NCBI GenBank assembly: GCA_014360155.1
Contig: JACIYB010000001.1
Coordinates: 1 to 61,272 of the forward strand
Direction: 5' to 3'
Length of the DNA stretch: 61,272 bases
From: Syntrophomonadaceae bacterium
Lineage (GTDB): Bacteria > Bacillota > Syntrophomonadia > Syntrophomonadales > Syntrophomonadaceae
Shown: one piece after another, positions 19,150-30,404 of the stretch
Layout: each line of letters begins with the position of its first letter
Position numbering within the stretch: the first letter of the stretch is position 1
Position numbers and translations under genes: made by a program
The notes under the pieces: model-generated
What the model was told of the DNA's origin: nothing
Database searches by the model: none
The model's input: only the letters and a program-made list of their open reading frames with translations

Positions 19150-21570
19150 TCATTCTTCATTTGAACTTAAATTCCTCTTTTTTAACAGCTCGACGAATTT
19201 ATAAACCAGCCCGGGATCAAATTGAGTCCCAGCACACCTTTCCAATTCATCAATTGCTTCCTGGTGGGACATAGCTTTACGGTAGGGGCGGTCGTTGGTC
19301 ATGGCATCATAAGCATCGATAATGGCCAGGATGCGGCAGGCGAGCGGGATATTTTCGCCTTCTAATCCCAGGGGATAGCCTTCACCATTCCACCATTCAT
19401 GGTGTTTTAAGATCCAGTCTGCTATAGGTGTTAAGTCTGGTACGGACAGGGCTATACGGTAACCTATCTCACAATGCCGCTGCATTTCGCTGGTTTCCGC
19501 GGGAGTGAGAGGACCCGGTTTAAAGAGGATGCGGTCTAGAATGCCTACTTTGCCGATATCATGAAACTGAGCTAGGAGACGCAGGTCGGTTACCTCATGT
19601 TGAGGCATTTCTATGGACACAGCCAGGTCAACGATGAGTTTCTGCAGCCTGTCGACGTGGCCTTCGGTGATGAAATCCCTTGCTTCTAGAGTTTTCATCA
19701 GGGCTTTAAGAATAGCACTGCGTGAGCTTTGCATGCTGTACAGCTTCTCTCTTTGCATGTTATTATCCGCTTCTTTAAACAGGTCATGCATACTGGTAGA
19801 CAGGTTATTTCTAACAGCGCAGCCGATGGAAATACTTAAAGGGAGATCAGGGTTTTTGAGGTTGTAGTCGGCGGTTTTTTGTTTGATTTTCTGGCGGATT
19901 TGTTCCAGTATTTTATCATCGCAGTTTGGTACAAGTATAACAAATTCATCTCCTCCCACACGGGCTACCGTACAATTTCTGTCTGCTGATTCCTGGATAA
20001 TACGAGAAACAGTTATCAGGAGTGAATCTCCAATATCATGGCCCATGGTATCATTCACCAATTTGAGCCCGTCTATATCACAGAGGATAATAGCTGTTGG
20101 GAGTAGGCCGCTGTTTTGCAGGCGCAGCATGTGCTGTTCGAAGTAAGCGCGGTTGTATATTCCAGTGAGGAAATCGTGAGAATTTTGGTATCTTAATTTT
20201 TCCTCTGTCCGCTGGTATTCTGCTATTATATTTTGGAGTTTCCGGTTGGTTTTGGCGAGTTCAGCTGTTCGTTCCTTTACCTGTATTTCCAGTTTATCAT
20301 AGGCTTCACGCAGTTTTTCTTCTGTCTGTTTGAGTTCTGTAATGTCGCGGCCAACTGACTGATATTCGACGAAAACACCGTTTTCATCGAATATCGCCCG
20401 GTCTGTCCACTGTTGCCACCTTATGTTTCCTTCTGCGTCATACACCTGGTGTTCATAAGTAACCAGCGGGTTTTCGTTATTTAAGCGAGACAAGTGTTTT
20501 TTTACTGTTTCCCAGTCTTCTTGGGGTATCAGAGTTAAGAATGGTTTCCCTATGAGTTCCTCCTTTTTTTTCCCGAAATAGCGGCAATATGCTCCATTGA
20601 CAAAAGTAAGAGTAGTATCAGGCGTAAACCTGCAGATCAGCTCCGTTTGGTCTTCGACGATAGTCCGGTAACGGGCTTCACTCAATTTCAGAGATTCCTC
20701 TGCTGTTTTTCTTTCGGTTATATCACGGGAGATGGTTAGCACTGTTTTTCCTTCTTCCCGGTTGGGTACGAGTTTGCCGCTGGTTTCAAGCCAGATATAA
20801 TCCCCGTTTTTTTGTCTGAACCTGAATACGGCACTGTTTTTTCCTCGGGGAGGCCGCTTTTCGAGTACCCGCAGGGCATATTTTTGGTCATCAGGATGGA
20901 TCAGGTCAATAACGCTTTTTCCTAACAGCTCGCTGCGGGAGTACCCCAGGATTTGGGTTACGGCCTTATTTACATATATGTAAGTCAGATTAGGCAATCT
21001 ATGCAGGGCAATAAGGTCGTATGCGTTTTCCAATATTATTCTATATTTTTGCTCTGATCTTCTAAAAGCTGTTTGCTCCTGTTTGTTTTGCGTCACGTCG
21101 GTAGCGACGCCTGTTAGCCTGGTATTATTGCGATTCTGACCGTTTTCGACTGTTACCTTGTGGCTGAGCCAGCGGACTTCTCCGTCTGGACGTATGATTC
21201 GGTGTTCAAGGGTAAAACTTTTTTGTGGCAAGGGAGGTCCCGATAAAGTCTTCCTTATCCGTCTGCGGTCGTGGGGGTGTATGCTTGTCGACCATAGGCG
21301 GGGATTATTATAGAATGCGCTTGCGGGGTAGCCTGAAATATTTTTGACAGAAGGGCTTAAATAAAGGAATTTATAGTCAGAAACAGAGAAAATCCAGATG
21401 AAGACGTTTTCGAGTAGATCAAGTATGTCACTTAACTGTTTATTGTTTTCTTTAAGGGCATCTGACATTTGCTGGTACTCCTTTAAGGTTGCTTTCAGTT
21501 TAGCGTTTTCTCGATGTAATTCGGTCATCTTCTTCAGCAACTTGCTTCTAAAAATCGCTGGGTCTTCCAT
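19150..21570 (-). CDS. PAS-PAS-PAS-GGDEF-HD-GYP signalling protein (c-di-GMP turnover)
   Basis: Intact RVGGDEFVIL GGDEF motif, then HDIGKV and HHEWWNGEGYP HD-GYP motifs. Confidence 0.9.
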   Translation of the reverse strand: MEDPAIFRSKLLKKMTELHRENAKLKATLKEYQQMSDALKENNKQLSDILDLLENVFIWIFSVSDYKFLYLSPSVKNISGYPASAFYNNPRLWSTSIHPHDRRRIRKTLSGPPLPQKSFTLEHRIIRPDGEVRWLSHKVTVENGQNRNNTRLTGVATDVTQNKQEQTAFRRSEQKYRIILENAYDLIALHRLPNLTYIYVNKAVTQILGYSRSELLGKSVIDLIHPDDQKYALRVLEKRPPRGKNSAVFRFRQKNGDYIWLETSGKLVPNREEGKTVLTISRDITERKTAEESLKLSEARYRTIVEDQTELICRFTPDTTLTFVNGAYCRYFGKKKEELIGKPFLTLIPQEDWETVKKHLSRLNNENPLVTYEHQVYDAEGNIRWQQWTDRAIFDENGVFVEYQSVGRDITELKQTEEKLREAYDKLEIQVKERTAELAKTNRKLQNIIAEYQRTEEKLRYQNSHDFLTGIYNRAYFEQHMLRLQNSGLLPTAIILCDIDGLKLVNDTMGHDIGDSLLITVSRIIQESADRNCTVARVGGDEFVILVPNCDDKILEQIRQKIKQKTADYNLKNPDLPLSISIGCAVRNNLSTSMHDLFKEADNNMQREKLYSMQSSRSAILKALMKTLEARDFITEGHVDRLQKLIVDLAVSIEMPQHEVTDLRLLAQFHDIGKVGILDRILFKPGPLTPAETSEMQRHCEIGYRIALSVPDLTPIADWILKHHEWWNGEGYPLGLEGENIPLACRILAIIDAYDAMTNDRPYRKAMSHQEAIDELERCAGTQFDPGLVYKFVELLKKRNLSSNEE

Positions 21571-22026
21571 TGTTTTTTTAATGCCCTCCTTTCTTCTGTT
21601 CCAAGTACGTCGCTTAGCGGTGATGAAAATTGCCAGAGAAATTATCGCTGTCTTTTCTGCGAATTATTTTTCTAAAAAACGCAAACAGAATATGAGCATA
21701 TTTTGTAAAAACAAATATGAATGCAGATTGAACCAGCAGCCTCCTATTTCTGATTGTTTTCAGGGCAACGGCTGTTATCGCACAAACAAAATAAATATGG
21801 ACAAATGTAAAAAAAGCTCCTTTTTGCCAAAAAATACCGTTACATTACTATTATACAAAAAACATTCGAAAACTACAAAAAAAAAGTAAAAATCTAAGAA
21901 ACTTCTGGATTTTAAAACTGGTGTTTTGCACGGCATTTTCCAGTATAATAGATAAAAATGGTATATTATAACAGAAACTGATTTTTAAAATAGCGGGATA
22001 AATAATGTTGGGATTTTTATCAAAAG

Positions 22027-24219
22027 GTGAAGCTTGTGGATACAATTTATGGGTACATCGAGAGAATTACATATTACAGCGAAGAAGATGACTATGTTGT
22101 AGCTAGGCTGCGGGAAAAGGGAAAAAGGGAGCTTACTACTATAGTCGGCAACCTGGTCGGTATCAACCCGGGTGAATCATTAAAACTACAGGGCAAATGG
22201 GTCCAGAATAAAAAGTACGGTGAACAGTTCCGGGTGGAGTATTATGACACCGTTGTTCCTGCTACAGTTAACGGTATAGAAAAATACCTGGGTTCAGGGT
22301 TGATAAAAGGCATTGGGCCAGTTATAGCCAGGCGTATTGTCAAGGCCTTTGGGCTTGATACCCTTGATATAATCGAAAACTGCCCGGAAAGGCTGTCAGA
22401 GGTTGAGGGAATCGGATCTAAGCGTATCGATATGATAAAAGAAGCCTGGGAGGAGCAGAAAGAAATCAAAGATGTTATGGTTTTTCTTCAGGGGCATGGA
22501 GTAAGTGCTTCTTATGCAGCCCGAATCTATAAAAAATATGGAAATGATTCAATTAAAATCGTAAAAGAAAATCCTTACCGTCTGGCGGCTGATGTTTACG
22601 GTATAGGTTTTATTACTGCTGATAAAATTGCTCAATCTATAGGAATAAATCCAAACTCGACTATGCGGGCTGAAGAGGGGATTTTATTTGTTTTAAGCCA
22701 GCTTATGGAGGAAGGACATGTCTATTATCCGCTGCGGGAACTGCTGGGAAAAACCGGTGACCTGCTAAAGCTCGATGCTGTTATTGCGGAGAAGGCAGTG
22801 AACCAGCTCTTAAATGACCAGCGGTTGATTATAGAACATTTAGATGACGGGCAAGAAATTGCTTATCTGCCTGCACTTTGGGCAGCAGAAGAAAACCTGG
22901 CCAGAAGATTGCAGGCCCTCAAAAACGAACCGTCTGTTGTTCGGCCGCTTGACATCAAGGCAGCACTTTCCTGGGTGGAAAGGAAATTGGATGTTGTTTT
23001 GAATGAAAAACAAAAAGAAGCTATTTCCCTGGCAGTGCAGAGCAAGGTCTTGATTATTACCGGAGGGCCGGGGACAGGGAAAACTACAATCATAAATGCG
23101 CTTATAAAAATATTTCGAGCGTTAAAGCTTGATGTTTCTCTTACAGCTCCGACCGGGCGGGCTGCCAAACGTATGAAGGAAACTACCGGGTATGCAGCCA
23201 AAACTATTCACCGTTTACTTGAGTTCAGCCCTGGTGAAGGGGGATTCAGGAGAAATCAGAACTTCCCGCTGAATGCGGATGTAGTAATTGTGGATGAGGT
23301 TTCCATGATAGATACGCTGCTTATGAACAGTTTGCTAAAGGCAGTACCTTCTTCAGCTATTCTGATTTTAGTAGGGGATGTAAATCAACTGCCTTCTATT
23401 GGTCCAGGAAATGTTCTCAAAGATATAATAGGCTCGCGGCAATTTGAGGTCGTGACTTTGACGGAAATATTTAGGCAGGCTAAAGAGAGCCGTATTGTTT
23501 CGAATGCTCACAGAATTAATAAGGGGGAATTTCCCGATATAACCAAACCTGTTTCAGGTAAAGATACTGATTTTTATTTTATTCAAGAGGAAGATCCGGA
23601 AAAGGCCCTGCGTTTAATATTAAAAATGTGTAAGGAACGGATTCCTAAACGCTACGGGTTCGATCCGCTTAAAGATGTACAGGTTTTGACTCCTATGAAA
23701 AAAGGTGTGATTGGAGTTTCCAATCTGAATATCGCGCTTCAGAACTGTCTTAATCCTTATTCGGAAGCGGTTAGCAGATCAGGTAAGTTGTTTAAAATAA
23801 AGGACAAGGTTATGCAGACAATAAATAACTATGATAGAGAGGTTTTTAACGGGGATATAGGCTGGATTACTAAAATCAACTGGGATAATCAGGAAGTGAG
23901 CGTAGATTTTGAAGGAAGGCTCTTGAAGTACGATTTTTCAGAATTGGATGAACTGGTTCCTGCCTATGCCATATCAATTCACAAGTCACAAGGGAGCGAG
24001 TATCCTGCAGTCATAATACCTGTAATGACTCAGCATTATGTATTGTTGCAGAGAAACATGATTTATACCGGTATTACTAGGGGGAAAAAACTTGTTGTCC
24101 TAGTTGGCACCAAAAAAGCACTGGCGATTGCCATCCGGAATGATAAGCCCCAAAAACGGTATTCGCATTTGCAGGAGAAGCTTGAAAGAGCCAGAGAGAT
24201 GTATACTCGCTCTATATAA
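22027..24219 (+). CDS. recD2: RecD2-type SF1B ATP-dependent DNA helicase
   Basis: GTG start. HhH region (GIGPVIARRIV), Walker A GGPGTGKTT, DEVSMID, VGDVNQLPS and a C-terminal AISIHKSQGSE motif. Confidence 0.92.
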   Translation: MKLVDTIYGYIERITYYSEEDDYVVARLREKGKRELTTIVGNLVGINPGESLKLQGKWVQNKKYGEQFRVEYYDTVVPATVNGIEKYLGSGLIKGIGPVIARRIVKAFGLDTLDIIENCPERLSEVEGIGSKRIDMIKEAWEEQKEIKDVMVFLQGHGVSASYAARIYKKYGNDSIKIVKENPYRLAADVYGIGFITADKIAQSIGINPNSTMRAEEGILFVLSQLMEEGHVYYPLRELLGKTGDLLKLDAVIAEKAVNQLLNDQRLIIEHLDDGQEIAYLPALWAAEENLARRLQALKNEPSVVRPLDIKAALSWVERKLDVVLNEKQKEAISLAVQSKVLIITGGPGTGKTTIINALIKIFRALKLDVSLTAPTGRAAKRMKETTGYAAKTIHRLLEFSPGEGGFRRNQNFPLNADVVIVDEVSMIDTLLMNSLLKAVPSSAILILVGDVNQLPSIGPGNVLKDIIGSRQFEVVTLTEIFRQAKESRIVSNAHRINKGEFPDITKPVSGKDTDFYFIQEEDPEKALRLILKMCKERIPKRYGFDPLKDVQVLTPMKKGVIGVSNLNIALQNCLNPYSEAVSRSGKLFKIKDKVMQTINNYDREVFNGDIGWITKINWDNQEVSVDFEGRLLKYDFSELDELVPAYAISIHKSQGSEYPAVIIPVMTQHYVLLQRNMIYTGITRGKKLVVLVGTKKALAIAIRNDKPQKRYSHLQEKLERAREMYTRSI

Positions 24220-24317
24220 ATAGAGACATCGATTTGCCCTCAGCAGCTGTTGGGCAGCATGTGCTCTTGCTATCTGCAGCTGTATAAGAAAATACACATT
24301 TTACGGAGTGACAGTAA

Positions 24318-25856
24318 ATGCTGGCAGCATTGAACACTTTTGTAATAACAGGTATAGAAGCAAAACCTGTGCGAGTCGAGGTAGATATACAAAATGGTCT
24401 TCCATCGTTTGAAATAGTGGGACTGGCTTCAACCTCTATAAAAGAAGCCCGCGAACGTGTAAGAGCAGCCCTAAAAAACTCGGGGTTTAAATTTCCCAAT
24501 CGTAAAATAATTGTAAACCTGGCTCCGGCTGATCTCAAGAAAGAAGGGAGCCATTTCGACCTGGCGATTGCCCTGGGAATACTCATAGCTTCTGAGCAGC
24601 TTGAATATAATCTCTCCGGTGACTATTATTTCTGCGGTGAACTTTCCCTGGAAGGAACTTTGCGCAAAATCCCTGGTGTGCTGCCTATGGTACTTAAACT
24701 AGCGGAATCAGGTTTAAAAGATGCACACTTAGTAATACCGGCGGACAACAATGAAGAAGCAGCACTGGTTCCGGAGATATTATCATTCCCCGTGTCTGAT
24801 TTTAAGCAGGTTTATAATTTCATTGGCGGCAGCCTTAAAATAAAACCCATCTCAGGTACAACCAACTGCCGGGTTTTTGACAGCCAGGATTTACATGATT
24901 TTGCAGATATAAAAGGGCAGGAAACCGCCAAGCGTGCTCTGGAGATTGCTGCAGCAGGGGCCCATAATGTCCTTTTAATCGGGCCTCCAGGGGCAGGAAA
25001 AACGATGCTCGCCCGCCGGGCTCCCGGCATTTTCCCAGAGATGAGGCGGGAAGAGGTTCTGGAAACAACCCGCATTTATTCGGCAGCCAACTTGCTCAGT
25101 CCGGAAAAGCCTCTAATAAACACGAGGCCTTTTAGAGCTCCGCACAAAAATGCTTCTAGCGCGAGTATTATCGGCGGGGGCAGGATTCCCCGGCCCGGTG
25201 AAATAAGCCTGGCCCAAAATGGGATTCTTTTTCTAGACGAACTTCCCGAATTCAGCCGGGATGTATTGGAGGCCCTGAGGCAGCCCTTAGAAGATAAAGT
25301 GGTAACAGTTGCCAGAGCCTACTCCGCTTATACTTTCCCCGCCAATTTTACCCTTATAGCCAGTATGAATCCATGTCCTTGCGGGAATTACGGTTCGGGT
25401 GCAGAATGCCGCTGTACTCCGCTGCAAATACAGAGATACCTGGGCAGAGTAAGCGGACCTTTGCTGGATAGAATGGATTTACATATCGAAGTACCCAAAG
25501 TGAAGTTCGAGCAGCTAACAGAGCGTTCTCCTGGCGAGAGTTCATCTGCGATTCGCAACAGGGTAACAGAAGCCCGGGAAATTCAAAGAAAACGTTTCAA
25601 AAATGAAGCTATTGCTCTCAATTCTCAAATGCAGCCGCTCCACGTAAAAAAATACTGCTATCTGGACGAAGATTCGGAAATGCTCTTGAAAACCGCGTTT
25701 AACAAATTAGACATGAGCGCAAGGGCTTACGACCGAATCCTTAAAGTGGCGCGGACTATAGCTGACCTCGATAAATCAGAAAAGATAAAGACTCAGCATC
25801 TTGCTGAAGCGCTGCAGTATAGAAGCTTGGACAGGAAGTACTGGGATCATGGATAA
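24318..25856 (+). CDS. comM: YifB/ComM-family Mg-chelatase-like AAA+ ATPase
   Basis: Lon-protease-like N-domain, GPPGAGKTM, LFLDELPEF and the Zn-finger-like NPCPCGNYGS...CRC. Confidence 0.92.
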   Translation: MLAALNTFVITGIEAKPVRVEVDIQNGLPSFEIVGLASTSIKEARERVRAALKNSGFKFPNRKIIVNLAPADLKKEGSHFDLAIALGILIASEQLEYNLSGDYYFCGELSLEGTLRKIPGVLPMVLKLAESGLKDAHLVIPADNNEEAALVPEILSFPVSDFKQVYNFIGGSLKIKPISGTTNCRVFDSQDLHDFADIKGQETAKRALEIAAAGAHNVLLIGPPGAGKTMLARRAPGIFPEMRREEVLETTRIYSAANLLSPEKPLINTRPFRAPHKNASSASIIGGGRIPRPGEISLAQNGILFLDELPEFSRDVLEALRQPLEDKVVTVARAYSAYTFPANFTLIASMNPCPCGNYGSGAECRCTPLQIQRYLGRVSGPLLDRMDLHIEVPKVKFEQLTERSPGESSSAIRNRVTEAREIQRKRFKNEAIALNSQMQPLHVKKYCYLDEDSEMLLKTAFNKLDMSARAYDRILKVARTIADLDKSEKIKTQHLAEALQYRSLDRKYWDHG

Positions 25857-26095
25857 GACCAAACAAAAGCAAAGACAGGATAAGGAGAGACTACCCTTTA
25901 TGATTTTCCATTGGGCAGGTCTGCGCGGGTAAAAGACCGAAGCGAGGGATGCCGCGGCATTTCGATTTTCATCTAAAATTCTCCACAGTCTAGCGGGTAT
26001 TTGGGAAATAACCCCTTGATTGGTAACCACCCTGCTCCTTGATTCATAAGATAAATTGGATTGGTTGCAAATAAGATTAAAAGGAGGGTTGAACC

Positions 26096-26818
26096 TTGTC
26101 TTATATCAACTTTGGCAGCCGTTTGCTTAAACTTGGTAGCGGTGGAACTGATGTAGGGATATTGCAGTGGCTTCTAAATAAGCTGCCTGATTCAATAGTT
26201 CCTCCTGTTGCTGTAGATGGAGAATTTGGGTCCGATACGGAAGCGGCAGTAAAAGCTTTTCAAGGTTATTTCGGTTTAACTGTTGATGGAATTGTGGGGA
26301 AAAATACCTTTTTGTTTTTAGGACAGCCGACCAGCATATATCTCCCATCCGGTGCTAGTGTATTCGGATCGCGAACCTTGCAGCAAGGCTCATCTGGTTT
26401 TGATGTGTGGATACTGCAAAACCGCCTTGCCAGTACGGCTCAAAAATATGCTGATGCTTTAGGTGTTCCAGCAGACAGGATATTTGGACCTAAAACCCAG
26501 TCGGCGGTTAAATTGTTTCAAAATGACCATGGTTTGGCAGTTGATGGGATTGTGGGGCCGCAGACCTTTTATGCCCTCTTCCTGCATACCTATATGGGAG
26601 GAAGGTACCTGCAAACGAACAGATGGGACCGCAACCAGGGATATGACGTATACTGGCTGCAGGTCCATCTTAAAAATCTCGGATTTTATTCAGCAGCACT
26701 TGACGGCAAATTCGGCATTGTTACTAAATCAGCAGTGAAGGCGCTGCAAAGATCAGAAGGGATTGTAGTAGACGGTGTTGTAGGGCCACAGACTTACTTT
26801 CATCTTGCTTATTCATAA
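26096..26818 (+). CDS. Protein with repeated peptidoglycan-binding (PG_binding_1) domains
   Basis: The motif ...FGxxTxxAVKxFQ...GLxVDGIVGxxT... recurs four times. TTG start after a GGAGGG RBS. Confidence 0.85.
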   Translation: MSYINFGSRLLKLGSGGTDVGILQWLLNKLPDSIVPPVAVDGEFGSDTEAAVKAFQGYFGLTVDGIVGKNTFLFLGQPTSIYLPSGASVFGSRTLQQGSSGFDVWILQNRLASTAQKYADALGVPADRIFGPKTQSAVKLFQNDHGLAVDGIVGPQTFYALFLHTYMGGRYLQTNRWDRNQGYDVYWLQVHLKNLGFYSAALDGKFGIVTKSAVKALQRSEGIVVDGVVGPQTYFHLAYS

Positions 26819-26835
26819 AGGATTAAAATCAGACT

Positions 26836-26864
26836 TTAAGCCAGGGTGTTCAGCCCTGGCTTAA
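26836..26864. terminator. Bidirectional terminator hairpin between convergent genes
   Basis: Perfect 11-bp stem ttaagccaggg (26836-26846) / ccctggcttaa (26854-26864) with a 7-nt loop, flanked by A/T on both sides. Confidence 0.75.
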
Positions 26865-26888
26865 AATATTGCCTACATATTTAATTAA

Positions 26889-27455
26889 TTATTTTTTGAT
26901 AATGTCTTCATCTCTTTCAAGCGGCTGGCTTATGTCCCAATGCCCAGCCAAGGTGTCTTGTTCTTCTCCTGCAATAAGTATCTGTACTTTATCGATTTCG
27001 TCCAATTCGGTAAGGCTGTTAACTATTGAGGTAATTGTCATAGTTTCTCCTGCACTGCCTCCCCAGTGCCTGGTTTTTATTTCTTCGCTGAAATCTACAT
27101 AAGCTGTGTTTTCTCTGATATCGACAGAAAGAACTTTAACCTGCTCGGGTATTGTGGGGCTTAGATTTTTTTCTTCAGGTCCTTTGACGAGTTCAGCTAT
27201 TATGGACTCGGCAAGCAGTTCGGCGCTGGCGTCCTTTTTTATTTCTATTTGTCTTCTTTCAGGCACGAGGTATTCCGCCTGCTGATTGCCGAAATACAAA
27301 GTTATTTCCTTAAGTACTGTTTGTTCGTCATTTTTACCGGGGTCGGCGTTGTTGTCCGGCTGTTTTGAATTGTTCAGAGAAGCACAGCCGATGAAAACTA
27401 TAGCAATCACTAATATAGCTAGAATTGTTGATGCTTTTAAAAAAATCTTTTTCAC
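26889..27455 (-). CDS. gerM: GerMN-domain lipoprotein (sporulation/germination protein GerM-like)
   Basis: Lipobox LVIAIVFIGC, followed by a Germane domain pattern (ELVKGPEE...LSPTIPEQVKVLSVDIRENTAYVDFS). Confidence 0.8.
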   Translation of the reverse strand: MKKIFLKASTILAILVIAIVFIGCASLNNSKQPDNNADPGKNDEQTVLKEITLYFGNQQAEYLVPERRQIEIKKDASAELLAESIIAELVKGPEEKNLSPTIPEQVKVLSVDIRENTAYVDFSEEIKTRHWGGSAGETMTITSIVNSLTELDEIDKVQILIAGEEQDTLAGHWDISQPLERDEDIIKK

Positions 27456-27930
27456 TGTTTTCCTCCTCTTCTTGATAATTTTTATTCTGAAAGTATATAC
27501 GGAAATTATAGCACGAAAATTACACTATTTTACTGTACAAACCAGTGTGAATTTTTGGCTTCAGTGTATAAAAATGCCAGCAATAGTCAAAAATTTCTGA
27601 TAATAAAACGATAAGGGGGATTTTTATTGGCTGCGTATTGCTCAGACCGGGGCATGATCAAAAAAAGTATATGGGTAAATCCTTATTTGCCGGATCGTAG
27701 CAGAGAAGGAGAAGACGCTCTAGAAGAATTTATAAAGATTCTGGTAGGTGTTGATTAGCACACTAAATCTCCCCCCCCGTTTGCATGATAAATAGGCCTG
27801 GATTTACCATGTAATTTGCAAGATTTGCAGTTTCCATGGTTAGACAATTTGCACATTAGCAGAATGTATGTCTTGCAGATAAAATGTTCTATCTTGTGTA
27901 CAAAGAGGCCGGATACTTTCCGGCCATAAA

Positions 27931-28637
27931 TTACATACCCATCTCGAAAGCAGATTGTCTCACGGCCTCCTCATCAATATACTTGAGGCCCTTCTGGCAG
28001 CCGTAAATCAAGCTGGTGGTAGCGAGATTATTTACCAGTCGCGGCCAGCCCCGGTTTACGGTAGCGATGGCCTCTACAGCCGGCTCAGAAAATATGGGAT
28101 AATTGGCCCCGGCCAGGTTCATCTGGTGTTCCAGGTAGCTTTTAGTTTCGTTTTTAGATAAAGGACTCATCTTGTAACGCATAATAATCCTCTGGTTCAG
28201 AGGCTGGTGGTGGGTAAGGGAGAGCTTAAGAGCCAGATTAGGAAGGCCACACAATACCAGGGCGAACGGATTCTTAGAGTCCATCGAAAAATTAAACAAA
28301 AGATGCAGGTCACTTAAAAACCCGGTACTGGCCAACTGCAGTTCATCCAGGATAATCACCGGAACAATCTTCTTTCCAGAATAATGGTTTTGGATAGCAT
28401 CCTGAATCTGCCTAAACAGATCCACCTTCCGGAAGGCCGGTTCAATATTCAGGTTGTAGGCTAAACCCCGATAAAAATCAGTTACCGTAACCCACCACCA
28501 TACCAATTCCCCGGCTATCTTTAAGATAATTAAGCCGGGCTAAGAGCTCCTGGTGCGTAGATGATGGAAACAGCTTGTCAGCTTCAATTTCCTTGGTGAA
28601 GGGCTTAGATGATAGAGAGTAGAACGCGGTAAACACA
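27931..28637 (-). pseudogene. ExeA/TniB-like AAA+ transposition ATPase, disrupted (Walker A region deleted plus frameshift)
   Basis: An N-terminal fragment VFTAFYSLSSKPFTKEIEADKLFPSSTHQELLARLNYLKDSRGIG is readable at 28637-28507. It joins out of frame to VTVTDFYRGLAYNL...ILDELQ (Walker B), and no GxxGxGKT is present. Confidence 0.8.
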
Positions 28638-28639
28638 GG

Positions 28640-29730
28640 TTAATTCTCCTCCTTTTTCAATAGTGCTTCATGAAATGAAAGGGATGAAGCTAAAAGCTCA
28701 TTCTTATCACGATTGCGCTTAACCCTGGCGTTATCAGCGGCATTAACCGGGGTGGCGCGGGCAACGAACTTATCATCAACAAATACCAGTACCTCATTCA
28801 GGTTTTCTGGTTCAAAACGCACCTGGACCTTCTGACCAATCAGTGTTGGCGGCACCTCGAATAAGCGTTTTAAAATAGAGATGGTGGCATCGTTATTAAC
28901 CCGGCGGTTTTCCCTTTTCATAAACAGTTGTTGCACCCAGGTTGGATCATTTACTATCTTGACCTGCTTAACCTGGGTCAGATACTTGTCCAGTGGCGAC
29001 ATGCCCAGAGATGAGTGTACCCGGCGGTGGTAATCTTCCTCCAGCCATTACCAGAAGGATTTGTTCAACTCTTCCAGAGAAGTGATGGGTAGACCTTCTT
29101 CATAGCTTCAAAATTCTGCTTAAAAGAGAACTCGGCAAAAGTAACTAAACGAGAACAGTCATCGATAAATGCAAAAAGATAACAGGGTTTCTTCTTTCCC
29201 TTAATCAGCAGGTAGGGACCGGTCATCATATCGCCCTGCCACATGCGATTGACTTCATTGTAGGCAAAACGTTTACGGTCTTTAGGTTGAGCTGATTCTT
29301 CTACCAGTGGTTTAACCAGATTACGAGCTTTAAGGAAACGGTAGACCGAATGGTAAGAGACCTCGGAACGCAGTATGAGCCCTTCTCTGGCCATCTGGTC
29401 ATAAAAAAGCATTACACTTAAGCCGGGATTGTCATGCCGGTAATTAATAATTTTCTTTCCCAGTTCATCACTTATGACCCGAGAAGTCCCCTTGTCTTTA
29501 CGGTTCTGAGGCTTAAGTCCATCCAGGTTATCCCGGCGGTAATCCCAAAGCCATCGGCGGATAGTTCGTTCACAGTATTCTCTTTTACCATAGTAAGGGA
29601 CATCATGGATCTGGGATGTAATCTTTTCTAGGTAGGCCTTGGGGTCGTCCACCTGGTTGTTCAAGAGCGGGGCAATAAGACCAAAGCGAAACAGGGCAAT
29701 TTCCAGCTTCTGTTCTTCATTTAAAGCCAT
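28640..29730 (-). pseudogene. DDE (rve/Mu-type) transposase with an internal deletion of the catalytic core
   Basis: ORF 29730-29065 carries the HTH N-terminus and the first catalytic region (WQGDMM, AFIDDCSR), then breaks. ORF 29002-28640 carries only the Mu-transposase C-terminal barrel. The middle DDE part is missing. Confidence 0.8.
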
Positions 29731-29864
29731 AATGAAGCACCTCCAAAAAATGAATGGAGGATTAACCGGTTAACCTCATACCAGAATTTTAAACAAAATG
29801 CCTTAATACCGCCACGCAAAAGCTCTGTGGGATAATAAAATCTTCCAAAAACCAAGCAAGAATG

Positions 29865-30404
29865 TTAAAATGATCTTGCCATAAAGTTAGTTAGGATACG
29901 GTTGGTTGCACATTGACTTGTCAGGGTCAATGCACTTGGAGGAGTGACCGCTAACCGATCCACTATCTTTATGGCTCTTTTGTTTTGGTTATAAGGAAGT
30001 GCTTCATCCCAGTGCTGCTCTCTAAGGGCACTGATGATAGCGGGAATATTATTCAAGAAGCGGTGGCGATAAAAGGCGGAAAGCTGTCGGGAAAGAAAGG
30101 AGCCGGCTTTTTTGAACTGTTTACGTAAGCTTTTCAGGATGGTATCCCGGGTATACTGGAAGTACGGTAGGAGAAACCACGGCAAAAGAGATACGGTTCT
30201 GCCACAGGATGGGCACCAATACCGGCAAATATCAATTCGATAGCATTTGGTCCTTACCAGGGCGTTGCGCTGGTAGAAACCATGTCGTTCCAATTTTACT
30301 TGGGCACAGCAGCAGGGACATTCAGTCATCACCGGATAAACCACCGAGTACCGGTCTTTTGCATAGGTTTTAATGTCTACAGTTAGATTCCAAATAATCT
30401 GCAA
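29865..30404 (-). CDS. DUF6431-like Zn-ribbon protein (transposon-associated)
   Basis: CPCCCAQVKLERHGFYQRN...YWCPSCGRTVSLLPWFLLPYFQY. By recollection this family sits upstream of this transposase type in Firmicutes. Confidence 0.6.
   Translation of the reverse strand: MQIIWNLTVDIKTYAKDRYSVVYPVMTECPCCCAQVKLERHGFYQRNALVRTKCYRIDICRYWCPSCGRTVSLLPWFLLPYFQYTRDTILKSLRKQFKKAGSFLSRQLSAFYRHRFLNNIPAIISALREQHWDEALPYNQNKRAIKIVDRLAVTPPSALTLTSQCATNRILTNFMARSF

Noticed and set aside
21398-22045. ORFs of 163 aa (+) and 64 aa (-) in the divergent intergenic region upstream of recD2
   Set aside because: The region is very AT-rich, the ORFs overlap the 5' end of the GGDEF gene or promoter DNA, they are homopolymer-rich and low in complexity, and no RBS is present.
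25857-26095. 240-nt leader upstream of the peptidoglycan-binding protein; considered as a c-di-AMP (ydaO) or c-di-GMP riboswitch
   Set aside because: I could not find the conserved cores of either motif by eye. A covariance-model scan would be needed before making any claim.
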